Origin: Phormidesmis sp.
GTDB taxonomy: Bacteria; Cyanobacteriota; Cyanobacteriia; Leptolyngbyales; Leptolyngbyaceae
DNA: 64,000 nucleotides
Assembly: GCA_965248535.1 (NCBI GenBank)
Contig: CBDFJR010000005.1
Coordinates: forward strand, 1,152,001-1,216,000
Reading direction: 5' to 3'
Translations under genes and position numbers: made by a program
Shown: piece after piece, positions 11,238 through 22,273 of the stretch
Layout: the number at the start of each line of letters is the position of its first letter
Numbering within the stretch: the stretch's first letter is position 1
Notes under the pieces: generated by a model
What the model was told of the DNA's origin: nothing
Databases searched by the model: none
The model's input: only the letters and a program-made list of their open reading frames with translations

Positions 11238-12932
11238 CTATTTAGTCAGTTGTTCGGCATTGAGCGATCGCACCAGACTCAACCGCAGCGGGTCTTGACT
11301 GATCAGTTGAGCGTAGCTAGCCGATAGATAAGGGCGATAGCTGGGCTGATTGGCAATATAGGTTTGAAAAAATGCCAGACTCAGAGCGCTCACATAGCGC
11401 CGAGAAACCCCAGGCGTAGGGCCTAATATTTCGGGTGGCAGCGGAATCGCATCATTATTGGTGGGTTCCTCTAAGGTAGAAAAATGAGTGCCGCGATCCA
11501 TCAGCACGAGGTAGCGATCGGGAGACCCCAACCAGGTGAAAGGCTGCAACTGTTCTTGCATCGCCGGAGCGATCGTATCAGCATTGCCAGACACCATCAG
11601 CGTCGGAATTGAAATTTGACTCAGCCCAGCTTGACCTAACACCGCACTATCGATCGGGTTAATGGCAATAATCGCTTTGACTCGCGAATCTTGTAAGTCA
11701 TAGTTGAGGCGCGGCAGGGCATTGGCCCGGCATTGCAAAAGCACCGACAAGTTAAGGGTGTTATCTAACGCTTGGGTGTCACAGTCTTTTTGCAGTTGCT
11801 CAAAGTTGATCGGGGCACCTGCCAGCGCTAAGACGGTATAGCCGCCAAAAGATTGGCCCAAAACGCCGACTTGCTCTAGATTGAGACGGCTATAGCGAGG
11901 GTCAGACTTGGTGCGGCGCGTCAGATCATCCAGCAGATATTTGATGTCAAGCGGACGATCGACAAACTCACTCGGTGCAGCCACCTCGCTTGCGGTGCCT
12001 GCAATCAACGCTTGAAGCTGGGCAGCATTGCTGCCAGGGTGTTCGGGCACGGCTACTGCAAACCCATGGGAGGCCAGATGCTCGGCCAAATAGCGAAACG
12101 TTGTGCGATCGGAACCCAACCCGTGAGAGATCACCACCACCGGGATCTTGCGGGCTTGCCCCTGCCCGATCGCCCTGATCTGAGGGAGATAGACATCGAC
12201 CGGAAACACGCGCTCTCGGCCCAACGCTGTCACAAAGCTGCGCGTCCGATCGACGAGCCGAATGGTTTCTTTTTGCCAGGTAAATGCGCCTCGCCCTGCC
12301 AAATCAGGCACCGGAGTATCACGAGTAATGGGCATAGCAAGCGCTTCTAGCTGAGACAGTTGCTCAAGCGTTGCGGTAGCTTGATTGGTGCGGGTGACGG
12401 TCTGCTCTAGGTCTCCAGCAATTTGTAGTGCGGACTGCAAATTGATTCGCAGCCCGCGAGTCGGAAATTTGCGAAACACATTTAGCGGAGTCAGCCCTTC
12501 GGGATCGCTGGAGGCCAAAATCAATGCGGCTCTGATCGCATAAAAGCCTGTATCTCTCGATTCGGGCTGAATCACTTGCCCCAAGCGCCGCAGCAGTATT
12601 TCTCCTTGAGGGGTATAGAGAAACTGAGAAACGGCGATCGGGGTCAAGTCTGCCCGCGCCACTAGGGCTTGCCGCAAATCCGCCAATTGTTTGACATTTG
12701 CATATTCAGCATAAACGAGCAGTTCGTTGTCTAATTCTCCATTGCGGGCATAGGCTTCGAGGGCCGCGACTGAAATTGATCGCTCCAGCACGCCATAGGA
12801 CAGATAGAGCCGCTCGGCGCTGGTGGCTGGGCGAGTCAGTAAAGCGACTGGAATCAGACTCAAACCCAGGAGTTTAAGGCTTTTCCGAATCCAATCAAGG
12901 GGAGGGCGAAAACGATCGTGCATAAAAAACAC
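11238..12932 (-). CDS. Alpha/beta hydrolase (DUF1400-type N-terminus plus dienelactone hydrolase-like domain)
   Basis: AERLYLSYGVLERSISV N-terminal domain, VISHGLGSD, GQSFGG nucleophile elbow, GTHFS. Confidence 0.85.
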   Translation of the reverse strand: MFFMHDRFRPPLDWIRKSLKLLGLSLIPVALLTRPATSAERLYLSYGVLERSISVAALEAYARNGELDNELLVYAEYANVKQLADLRQALVARADLTPIAVSQFLYTPQGEILLRRLGQVIQPESRDTGFYAIRAALILASSDPEGLTPLNVFRKFPTRGLRINLQSALQIAGDLEQTVTRTNQATATLEQLSQLEALAMPITRDTPVPDLAGRGAFTWQKETIRLVDRTRSFVTALGRERVFPVDVYLPQIRAIGQGQARKIPVVVISHGLGSDRTTFRYLAEHLASHGFAVAVPEHPGSNAAQLQALIAGTASEVAAPSEFVDRPLDIKYLLDDLTRRTKSDPRYSRLNLEQVGVLGQSFGGYTVLALAGAPINFEQLQKDCDTQALDNTLNLSVLLQCRANALPRLNYDLQDSRVKAIIAINPIDSAVLGQAGLSQISIPTLMVSGNADTIAPAMQEQLQPFTWLGSPDRYLVLMDRGTHFSTLEEPTNNDAIPLPPEILGPTPGVSRRYVSALSLAFFQTYIANQPSYRPYLSASYAQLISQDPLRLSLVRSLNAEQLTK

Positions 12933-13013
12933 GGCTAGGGCAAGTGTGGACGTTCTTTAGGTTGAGCATAATCGATTTCAGGGTGATGCAAGGGACTGAT
13001 TGCTCACAACTTA

Positions 13014-15056
<2,043 letters not shown>

Positions 15057-15223
15057 CTATCCATCTAACTTAGTTTATTTGTACCACTAATTTTCACAAT
15101 TTGCCGTCCTTAGAAGCGCTATTATAGACTTCGTTCCATCCCTTAGTTCAGATTTTGCCGAGGGGTTGCAAAACGAGCACGATCGAGTATCCTGACTAGT
15201 AATTCCGTACTTTGGGGTGAACC

Positions 15224-15502
15224 ATGCGGGTTTGGCTGGCTTGTTTTTTAGTGTTATTTGGGCTGTCAGAACTGTTTCAGTGGATGAAGCAGCTTTCGCT
15301 GCCGCTGCCCGTCTTTATTTTGGGCGGAGCATTTTTGGCGATCGTGTCTAACTACGATCGTCGCGCCGGGTTTCCCTTCAACCAGATCAGCAGCCCGATC
15401 CGTGATCCCCAAGAAATGCCTCCGCCTGCTCAAAAAGTTAATCTGCCCCGATCGTCGTCTCCCCAAAAACCGATCTCATTTACAATTCGCAAACCAGACT
15501 GA
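15224..15502 (+). CDS. Small cyanobacterial membrane protein of unknown function
   Basis: Two hydrophobic segments and a PISFTI tail; divergent from ligA. Confidence 0.7.
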   Translation: MRVWLACFLVLFGLSELFQWMKQLSLPLPVFILGGAFLAIVSNYDRRAGFPFNQISSPIRDPQEMPPPAQKVNLPRSSSPQKPISFTIRKPD

Positions 15503-15611
15503 GGGCACTGTCGGACTATAAAGTATGCGATCGGATTGCAGTAGGTGAAGTCTAACGCCCCCCAAAAAACTCAGCATTCCAAAAAACAAAAAACTCTAGT
15601 ACAATACACCG

Positions 15612-15936
15612 CAGTGATGGAGTTGTGCCCCGAAGCCTGATCGTCCAAATCAGACTCCGAGGACTTCCATCCCTAGTTACCGTAACTAACTCAGGAGGCG
15701 TTCATGATTGTACACCGTCGGCTTTGCTATGGGATCTTGAAAGGCTGGAATCAAGATCCTGCATACAGGTTTTCCCCCAACCAAATTTCTGAGCCATCAG
15801 AGTTTTTGTCCTCTTTTAATTAACCGAGAGGACAAAAACCATGGCAGTTAGGACGATCGTTCCTAGCTCGATTTCGTTTACGGTTGAGTTGCGTTGCTCA
15901 ATCGAAAAACGTTATCGGGTGAGTGTGACGTTTTAG
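15612..15936 (+). ncRNA. Candidate structured RNA or leader with five or six hairpins and two small ORFs; family unassigned
   Basis: TACAAT -10-like box at 15600, successive stems (see finding), AGGAGG-ATG at 15704 (39 aa) and ATG at 15841 (31 aa). Confidence 0.5.
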
Positions 15937-16420
15937 ATTTGCAAGAGCGTTATCTCTTTGTGTCGTCTGGCATTGTCTGAGATGTTAGCGAATCGTATTG
16001 AAGAGTTGTGTCTCAGAATTGAGTGAGATTGCGTCAAATCAACTGGCATTTCTGAAGTGGGATGGCACCAGTGATTTGACCACAGAGTATCAAGTTGTTC
16101 GAGTGTTGCCCGGTTATCAGGTTGAACGTTCTTTAATGAAGTTCAACATTGTTCTGGGTGAGGGTTCACTAATACAAGTAGAGGAGTTGCACAACAAAAC
16201 CACCATTCAACTCTAGAAAGTTGGGGTTAGGGAGTCATCAATACCCCTCTTGGGAAATGCTCCCCAACCCCAGCATAGCAAGGCTTTGGCGGTCTCTACG
16301 GGGAACTCCACGACCCCGGAACTGACGTTTAGGAACGTGGATTCATTAAGGTGAAACGTCTCGCCCTAGATAGCTACGGTCTACAAAGTTTTTGTTGCTG
16401 CGTTGTGGGCTTCTGCCCCC

Positions 16421-16628
16421 TTGGAGAATCATCTGTAGTATTCATTGCTGCTTTGCAATTTCTAAGGTTTGATGTCTATTGTAGGGCAACTAGACGATCG
16501 CCTTTTAGCTGAAATAAGTTGGGGAACTTGGACGATCGTAAGCCGTGCCCTGTGATTCCGGCTCTCAAAGCTCGATTTCTTGATTCTGTAATAGATGATG
16601 ACGACGTGGAATTTTGACGTGAGGGATT
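16421..16628. repeat. 208-bp direct repeat, copy 1 (copy 2 at 17161..17368)
   Basis: Ungapped alignment from TTGGAGAATCATCTGTAG to GAGGGATT with scattered substitutions. Confidence 0.92.
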
Positions 16629-16650
16629 TACAGAATTTACCAATTCGCGG

Positions 16651-16914
16651 TTACAGTTTGTATGCTTCGCTGCGATGCGCGATCGCGACCACAAATACCT
16701 GCACCACTTTGTCGTCAATTGAATAAATGACTCTGTAATCTCCAACTCGGTAGCGATAATAGCCTAAATAGTCTCCCTTGAGGGCTTTAACGTTGGGGTG
16801 TGACTGGGGAGTTTGCTCTAGCTGTTGTAAACATCGGGCGATTTTCTTAGCTAGAGCTTTGTCAGCATTGACATAAGCCTTTTGAGCATCGGGATGGAGA
16901 AGAACTTCATACAT
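16651..16914 (-). CDS. RelE/ParE family toxin
   Basis: MYEVLLHPDAQK, KALKGDYLGYYRYRVGDYRVIYSID, IAHRSEAY. Confidence 0.9.
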   Translation of the reverse strand: MYEVLLHPDAQKAYVNADKALAKKIARCLQQLEQTPQSHPNVKALKGDYLGYYRYRVGDYRVIYSIDDKVVQVFVVAIAHRSEAYKL

Positions 16915-17185
16915 CGGAGCGAAGAGTTCTCCAAACTGTGTAATCGGCTTTGGGAGTTGCTTGATTTTGCTTAACTCGCTCTAACAATCCAGGAATCGCC
17001 AAAAGCTCTTGAGTTGCGGCTTCGCTTTCAGCATTTGCCAAGTAAGCCGCAAAATCAGCAAGCACCTGTAACCGTTCTGGCGACAGTTGTTTGAGCGAGT
17101 CATTAAGCTGGCGCTGTAATGCTGTCACAGATATCAAAGCCACTGGCTCTAGATCATCCATTGGAGAATCATCTGTAGTATTCAT
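16907..17185 (-). CDS. Putative antitoxin of the RelE toxin
   Basis: Upstream of and overlapping the toxin by 8 bp; LSPERLQVLADFAAYL...EATQELLAIPG motif. Confidence 0.75.
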   Translation of the reverse strand: MNTTDDSPMDDLEPVALISVTALQRQLNDSLKQLSPERLQVLADFAAYLANAESEAATQELLAIPGLLERVKQNQATPKADYTVWRTLRSDV

Positions 17186-17368
17186 TGCTGCTTTGCGATT
17201 TCTAAGGTTTGATGTCTATTGTAGGGCAACTCAACGATCGTCTTTTAGCTGAAATAAGTTGGGGAACTTGAACGATCGTAAGCCCTGTCCTGTGATTCCG
17301 GCTCTCAAAGCCCAATTTCCTGACTCTGTAATGGACGATGACGATGTGGAATTCTAGCGCGAGGGATT
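17161..17368. repeat. 208-bp direct repeat, copy 2; includes the upstream region and first codons of the antitoxin
   Basis: Aligns with 16421..16628. Confidence 0.92.
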
Positions 17369-17415
17369 CAACTAAGGGAGTCGCGGGAAGTTTATCTCAA
17401 CGGAACAACTCAAAG

Positions 17416-17688
17416 TTATATTCTTTTCAGCAATTCATCGTACTCATCATGTGCGCCAATCCAAAACCAGTAGATGTGGTCATTTGGCTCTAGCAACCCT
17501 ACAACCCGGTAATTTAGACTCACACGAGCAGAATAAATCGGTTGGCGTTGACTCACTCGTTTAAACTGCAAGCTATTGTGATACGGATCTTCACGCCAGA
17601 GTTCATACGCTTTTTCAGCTTGCTCCTGTACTGATAGAGGTAGTTGATTGAGCCGCTTGCAAAAAGTTTTGGTGAGACTCGACTTCAT
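17416..17688 (-). CDS. RelE/ParE-superfamily toxin
   Basis: DPYHNSLQFKRV, YSARVSLNYRVVG, WFWIGAHDEYD. Confidence 0.85.
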   Translation of the reverse strand: MKSSLTKTFCKRLNQLPLSVQEQAEKAYELWREDPYHNSLQFKRVSQRQPIYSARVSLNYRVVGLLEPNDHIYWFWIGAHDEYDELLKRI

Positions 17689-17915
17689 GGCTTAACCGGA
17701 AAAACCTCATCAAGTGGAACTGTTTCGCCCTCAGCAATTTCTTGCCGTACTGTGTCAGCTAATCGATCCCACTGTTCGTCTGTTGTTGCCTCAAAACGAG
17801 TCGTCCATGCCTGTTCATCTTTTAGTTCAGCCATTAAACGCGATGCGATCGCATCCTGCTGATCTGCTGGAAGTTTCTGAATTTCTGAAATGACTTGCCG
17901 AAGAAGTTCAGTCAT
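17685..17915 (-). CDS. Putative antitoxin
   Basis: 4-bp overlap with the toxin; acidic 76 aa with LPADQQDAIA...W...F pattern. Confidence 0.75.
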   Translation of the reverse strand: MTELLRQVISEIQKLPADQQDAIASRLMAELKDEQAWTTRFEATTDEQWDRLADTVRQEIAEGETVPLDEVFPVKP

Positions 17916-18090
17916 AAGTTTACGGGTTCTATTACGTGAATCAAGCTAACGATCGGGCTAATCTAACGCTAAAGCTGCGACAGCATTAACTGTCTGAACA
18001 GTTGTCTATTCATACCCTTTCGACTGTTGACCGGACTCCATGCTCCCTCCTCACTTTACATTCTGTCTAACTGTCGCCCCGTAAACGAAA

Positions 18091-18176
18091 TCCTAACAAC
18101 ACTGTTCATCGGCGACAAGAAATCCTAAGCGGTGGACGAAGAGACTCTGCACTTCCACTGCAATAGAGCGTTAGAC
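18091..18176 (-). other. attC-like integron cassette recombination site
   Basis: Minus strand reads GTCTAAC-GCTCT-ATTGCAGTGG...CGCCGATGAAC-AGTGTT-GTTAGGA, 86 bp, 31 bp after the stop of 18208..18840. Confidence 0.6.
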
Positions 18177-18207
18177 CATCGCGCTGAACCGTCAAAATAT
18201 TCTGCAT

Positions 18208-18840
18208 TTAACCTAAGCCCAGTGTAGAAGCAATCTGAGGCAGCAACTTAGTACAAGCCCCAATAAACTGAATGGCGCTAGGTAATTCAGTACCAATCCC
18301 TTTCAATACTCTGATAGCACTTTTCACTAGCCCTTTTCTCCTCTCTTCTGAAGTCTCTTTTGCGGCTTCGCCAATCACTTTTACTTGCTCTAAGGCATCT
18401 GCTTTTAATTCGTAAGATAAATTCGGCTCACTATTTATCGCTGTTTTTAGATCAAGCAATAAGTTTGCAACTGTCTTTATGTCGTTATTGTTATTTCTTT
18501 GTAGCTCCCTAATGGTACTAGTAACAACAGCATCGCGCTCTGCCAACGTTAGCACCACACCAGAACTGTTGCTTATGCTAATTGTTGGCGTTGAACGATT
18601 TCTAGAAGCAAAGCTGGAAACAGTCTTCCATATGAGCAAACCTGACCCAATTGCTGAAATCAACCCGCCTGTCATAAATTGCGTGAATATGGGCTTCGCT
18701 TGTTGAAAAGGTTGATTAATATCTCCATATTTAAGAGATCCTGAGCCAATAGATGTAACAACGTCTATCCAACTAAGAAAAGCTGGAATGGCAATAACCA
18801 GTCCACACGCTATCAGTACAAGCGATATAAAGTATGCCAT
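18208..18840 (-). CDS. Hypothetical membrane protein, AT-rich and cassette-like
   Basis: Two TM segments and a helical C-terminus (ADALEQVKVIGEAAK...KLLPQIA); visibly AT-rich with no HIP1 sites. Confidence 0.8.
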   Translation of the reverse strand: MAYFISLVLIACGLVIAIPAFLSWIDVVTSIGSGSLKYGDINQPFQQAKPIFTQFMTGGLISAIGSGLLIWKTVSSFASRNRSTPTISISNSSGVVLTLAERDAVVTSTIRELQRNNNNDIKTVANLLLDLKTAINSEPNLSYELKADALEQVKVIGEAAKETSEERRKGLVKSAIRVLKGIGTELPSAIQFIGACTKLLPQIASTLGLG

Positions 18841-19151
18841 GTTGCTACTTGTAGTTGTTTAAGGTTGCTCTTTGTGTTGTAGAAAGCAGCAGGTTTTTCG
18901 TATACTTTTCACCTACTCTTCCCTAATGTGTGAGGCTGAACTCAACTCTGGCATTACCCTAAAGGGTGATTTTAAATAGTTTGAGGGTACCTTGCGTTAA
19001 CTTGACGATGCACTCTAAACAGATACTCTCACAATCCTATTTTTACCCGTAATCTAGGCGGTCTAACTGTTACTATTGCCGTTTGGACTTCCCTTATTCA
19101 AAGTAACATGCTTTGTGGGGAAACTATGTCTGTGGAGAGTTGTTCCGATCG

Positions 19152-19367
19152 CTACAGCCTACCGATTAATTTATCGTATTCCGCATGAGTGCGATCCTCA
19201 GCGATCGCTTCCTCTGCCAAAGCGTCTAACTTTCCGTCTGCGATGTCTTGCTCTAGCTGATCATCCCAGCGCTGATAATCTACGTCAAAGAACCACTGTC
19301 TGAGTCGCTGAAACTCATCTAATTGAAGTGTAAGGATTGCTGCTTCAATTTGCTCAAGGGTTGACAT
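19152..19367 (-). pseudogene. Antitoxin fused to the last codons of a deleted RelE/ParE-like toxin
   Basis: MSTLEQIEAAIL...WDDQLEQDIADGKLDALAEEAIAE followed by THAEYDKLIGRL, which resembles the toxin tail AHDEYDELLKRI of 17416..17688. Confidence 0.65.
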
Positions 19368-19440
19368 ATTTAGTCTCCAACGCTTCGATACTTGATCGAA
19401 TTATAGTGCTGCTGTGAAAACTGATTTTACACAAATTCCA

Positions 19441-19498
19441 AAATGGGAAAGGTCGATCGCTCCCCCGTTTCTCGGAGTCGATCGACCTTCACCCATTT
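19441..19498 (-). terminator. Long hairpin after gap1
   Basis: AAATGGG-AAAGGTCGATCG-CTCC / GGAG-TCGATCGACCTT-CCCATTT. Confidence 0.7.
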
Positions 19499-20536
<1,038 letters not shown>

Positions 20537-20775
20537 TCAAAGCGGTAGTAGACTCAGATTTTCTCCATAAGTTAGCGTACTTAATCGCCGATCGCCGTTA
20601 GCGTAATCTTTTCATTCGTTTGGCGATTGCTTTTGGGTTGCTCCAAGCTGTGATCATCAAAGACTCAGATTTGATGCGCCCATAGTCGTTGGTTTTGTAG
20701 CAAATATCACCTTTTTCGGTCTAGTAATCCGCTACATCTGTTACCCTAGCCGTTACCTGTTTTTCACCTATTGGC

Positions 20776-22197
20776 ATGAGTTTCACCCTTCAAAACGTTT
20801 TAATCTCCAGCGATCGTGCCTACGAAACGGTGGATGTTCAACTTGAGGATGACCGGATTGCGGCGATCGCTCCCCATTTAGACCCTGTGGGCACGTTGAT
20901 CGACGGGCGCAATAAGCTACTTCTGCCCGGTTTTGTCAATGCTCACACCCATTCTTCTGAGATGTGGCAGCGAGGACTGATTCCGCCTGTGCCCCTTGAG
21001 TTGTGGCTGGCAGAACTGCATCACTTTGCGCCCCTAGAACCAGAGCAAGTCTATCTGAGCGCGATCGGGACGGCGGTCGAAACGCTGCTCTCTGGCGGAA
21101 CGAGTGTAGTAGATCACTTAGTTTTGATCCCTGGGCAAGAATTGGAGACGATCGCGGCGGCAGTTCGGGCTTATCGTCAAGTCGGAATTCGGGCGTTTGT
21201 AGCTCCTCTGATCCAAGATCAGGCCCTATCGACAGGACTGCCGGATGGGGGAGTAAACCGAGAACATGATGACTATCTGCGATCAACCGCCGCAACGCTA
21301 GCGTTAATGCAAGAAGCAGTGACTCAGTTTCATCGCCCCGACGAAGGGGTGAATATTTTGGTTGCGCCGACGGGCGTGCAGCTTTGCTCAGATGCGTTAT
21401 TTGAAGGGTGCATTGAGTTAAGCGATCGCTACAATCTCTGTCGTCACGCTCACTTGTTAGAAACCAGAGCACAAAAGCTTTTGGCTCAAGAAAAATATGG
21501 CTGTAGCGCCGTTGAGCACCTTAAACAACTTGGGTTTTTGAGCGATCGCACCTCTCTAGCGCACTGTGTTTGGCTTGACGATGCCGACATTGAAATTATG
21601 GCAGCCACAAAATCAACAGTTGTTCATAATCCTCTCAGCAATCTGCGTTTGGGAAGCGGCATTGCCCCGGTTCTCAAATATCGTCAGGCAGGGGTGAATG
21701 TCTCGTTTGGGTGTGATGGCTCCGCGAGTAATGATTCGCAAGATGTGCTCGAAGCGATCAAAATTGGTTCGCTGCTGCACAACACCACTGATTTAGATTA
21801 TCAGAATTGGATCACGCCTCGCCAAGCGATCGAGATGGCCTCTCTGGGCGGTGCCACGGGCTTAAATCTGGGCGATCAACTCGGTTCGCTCACGGTGGGC
21901 AAAAAAGCTGATTTAGTCCTCTATGACTTGATGAGTCTGTCTTTGCTGCCGCGCACCGACCCGATCGGGCTGCTGGTTTTAGGTCGTCCGGTTAATGTCG
22001 TTTCTGACGCTTGGGTAAATGGTCAAGCGGTTGTCTTAAATAATCAAATCTGCAATGTTAATGTTAATGAACTAAGTCAATCTCTGTTTGATCAGAGTGA
22101 ATGGAATTTAGAACGGCAAGCTCCATCAATGGCCCAAATGGAAAGTCACTACCGATCGGTGATGGGGTTATCCGCAAAACCGTTGGGATACTCGTGA
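20776..22197 (+). CDS. Amidohydrolase, Atz/Trz / MTA-SAH deaminase family
   Basis: PGFVNAHTH, HAHLLET, AHCVW, HNPLSNLRLGSG, GCDGSASND. Confidence 0.88.
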   Translation: MSFTLQNVLISSDRAYETVDVQLEDDRIAAIAPHLDPVGTLIDGRNKLLLPGFVNAHTHSSEMWQRGLIPPVPLELWLAELHHFAPLEPEQVYLSAIGTAVETLLSGGTSVVDHLVLIPGQELETIAAAVRAYRQVGIRAFVAPLIQDQALSTGLPDGGVNREHDDYLRSTAATLALMQEAVTQFHRPDEGVNILVAPTGVQLCSDALFEGCIELSDRYNLCRHAHLLETRAQKLLAQEKYGCSAVEHLKQLGFLSDRTSLAHCVWLDDADIEIMAATKSTVVHNPLSNLRLGSGIAPVLKYRQAGVNVSFGCDGSASNDSQDVLEAIKIGSLLHNTTDLDYQNWITPRQAIEMASLGGATGLNLGDQLGSLTVGKKADLVLYDLMSLSLLPRTDPIGLLVLGRPVNVVSDAWVNGQAVVLNNQICNVNVNELSQSLFDQSEWNLERQAPSMAQMESHYRSVMGLSAKPLGYS

Positions 22198-22273
22198 GAG
22201 GTAGCCTAACTTTCTGATTTGATGTCAATAGTCTGATCCCGATCGCCCTTCTTCTTTTTACCCAAGTTTGCCC

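Noticed and set aside
15998..16216. 72-aa ORF
   Set aside because: TTG start without a clear RBS and no recognisable motif; possibly a gene remnant.
20697..20710. Possible NtcA site GTA-N8-CAC upstream of the amidohydrolase
   Set aside because: One half-site is mismatched and there is no properly spaced TAN3T -10 box.
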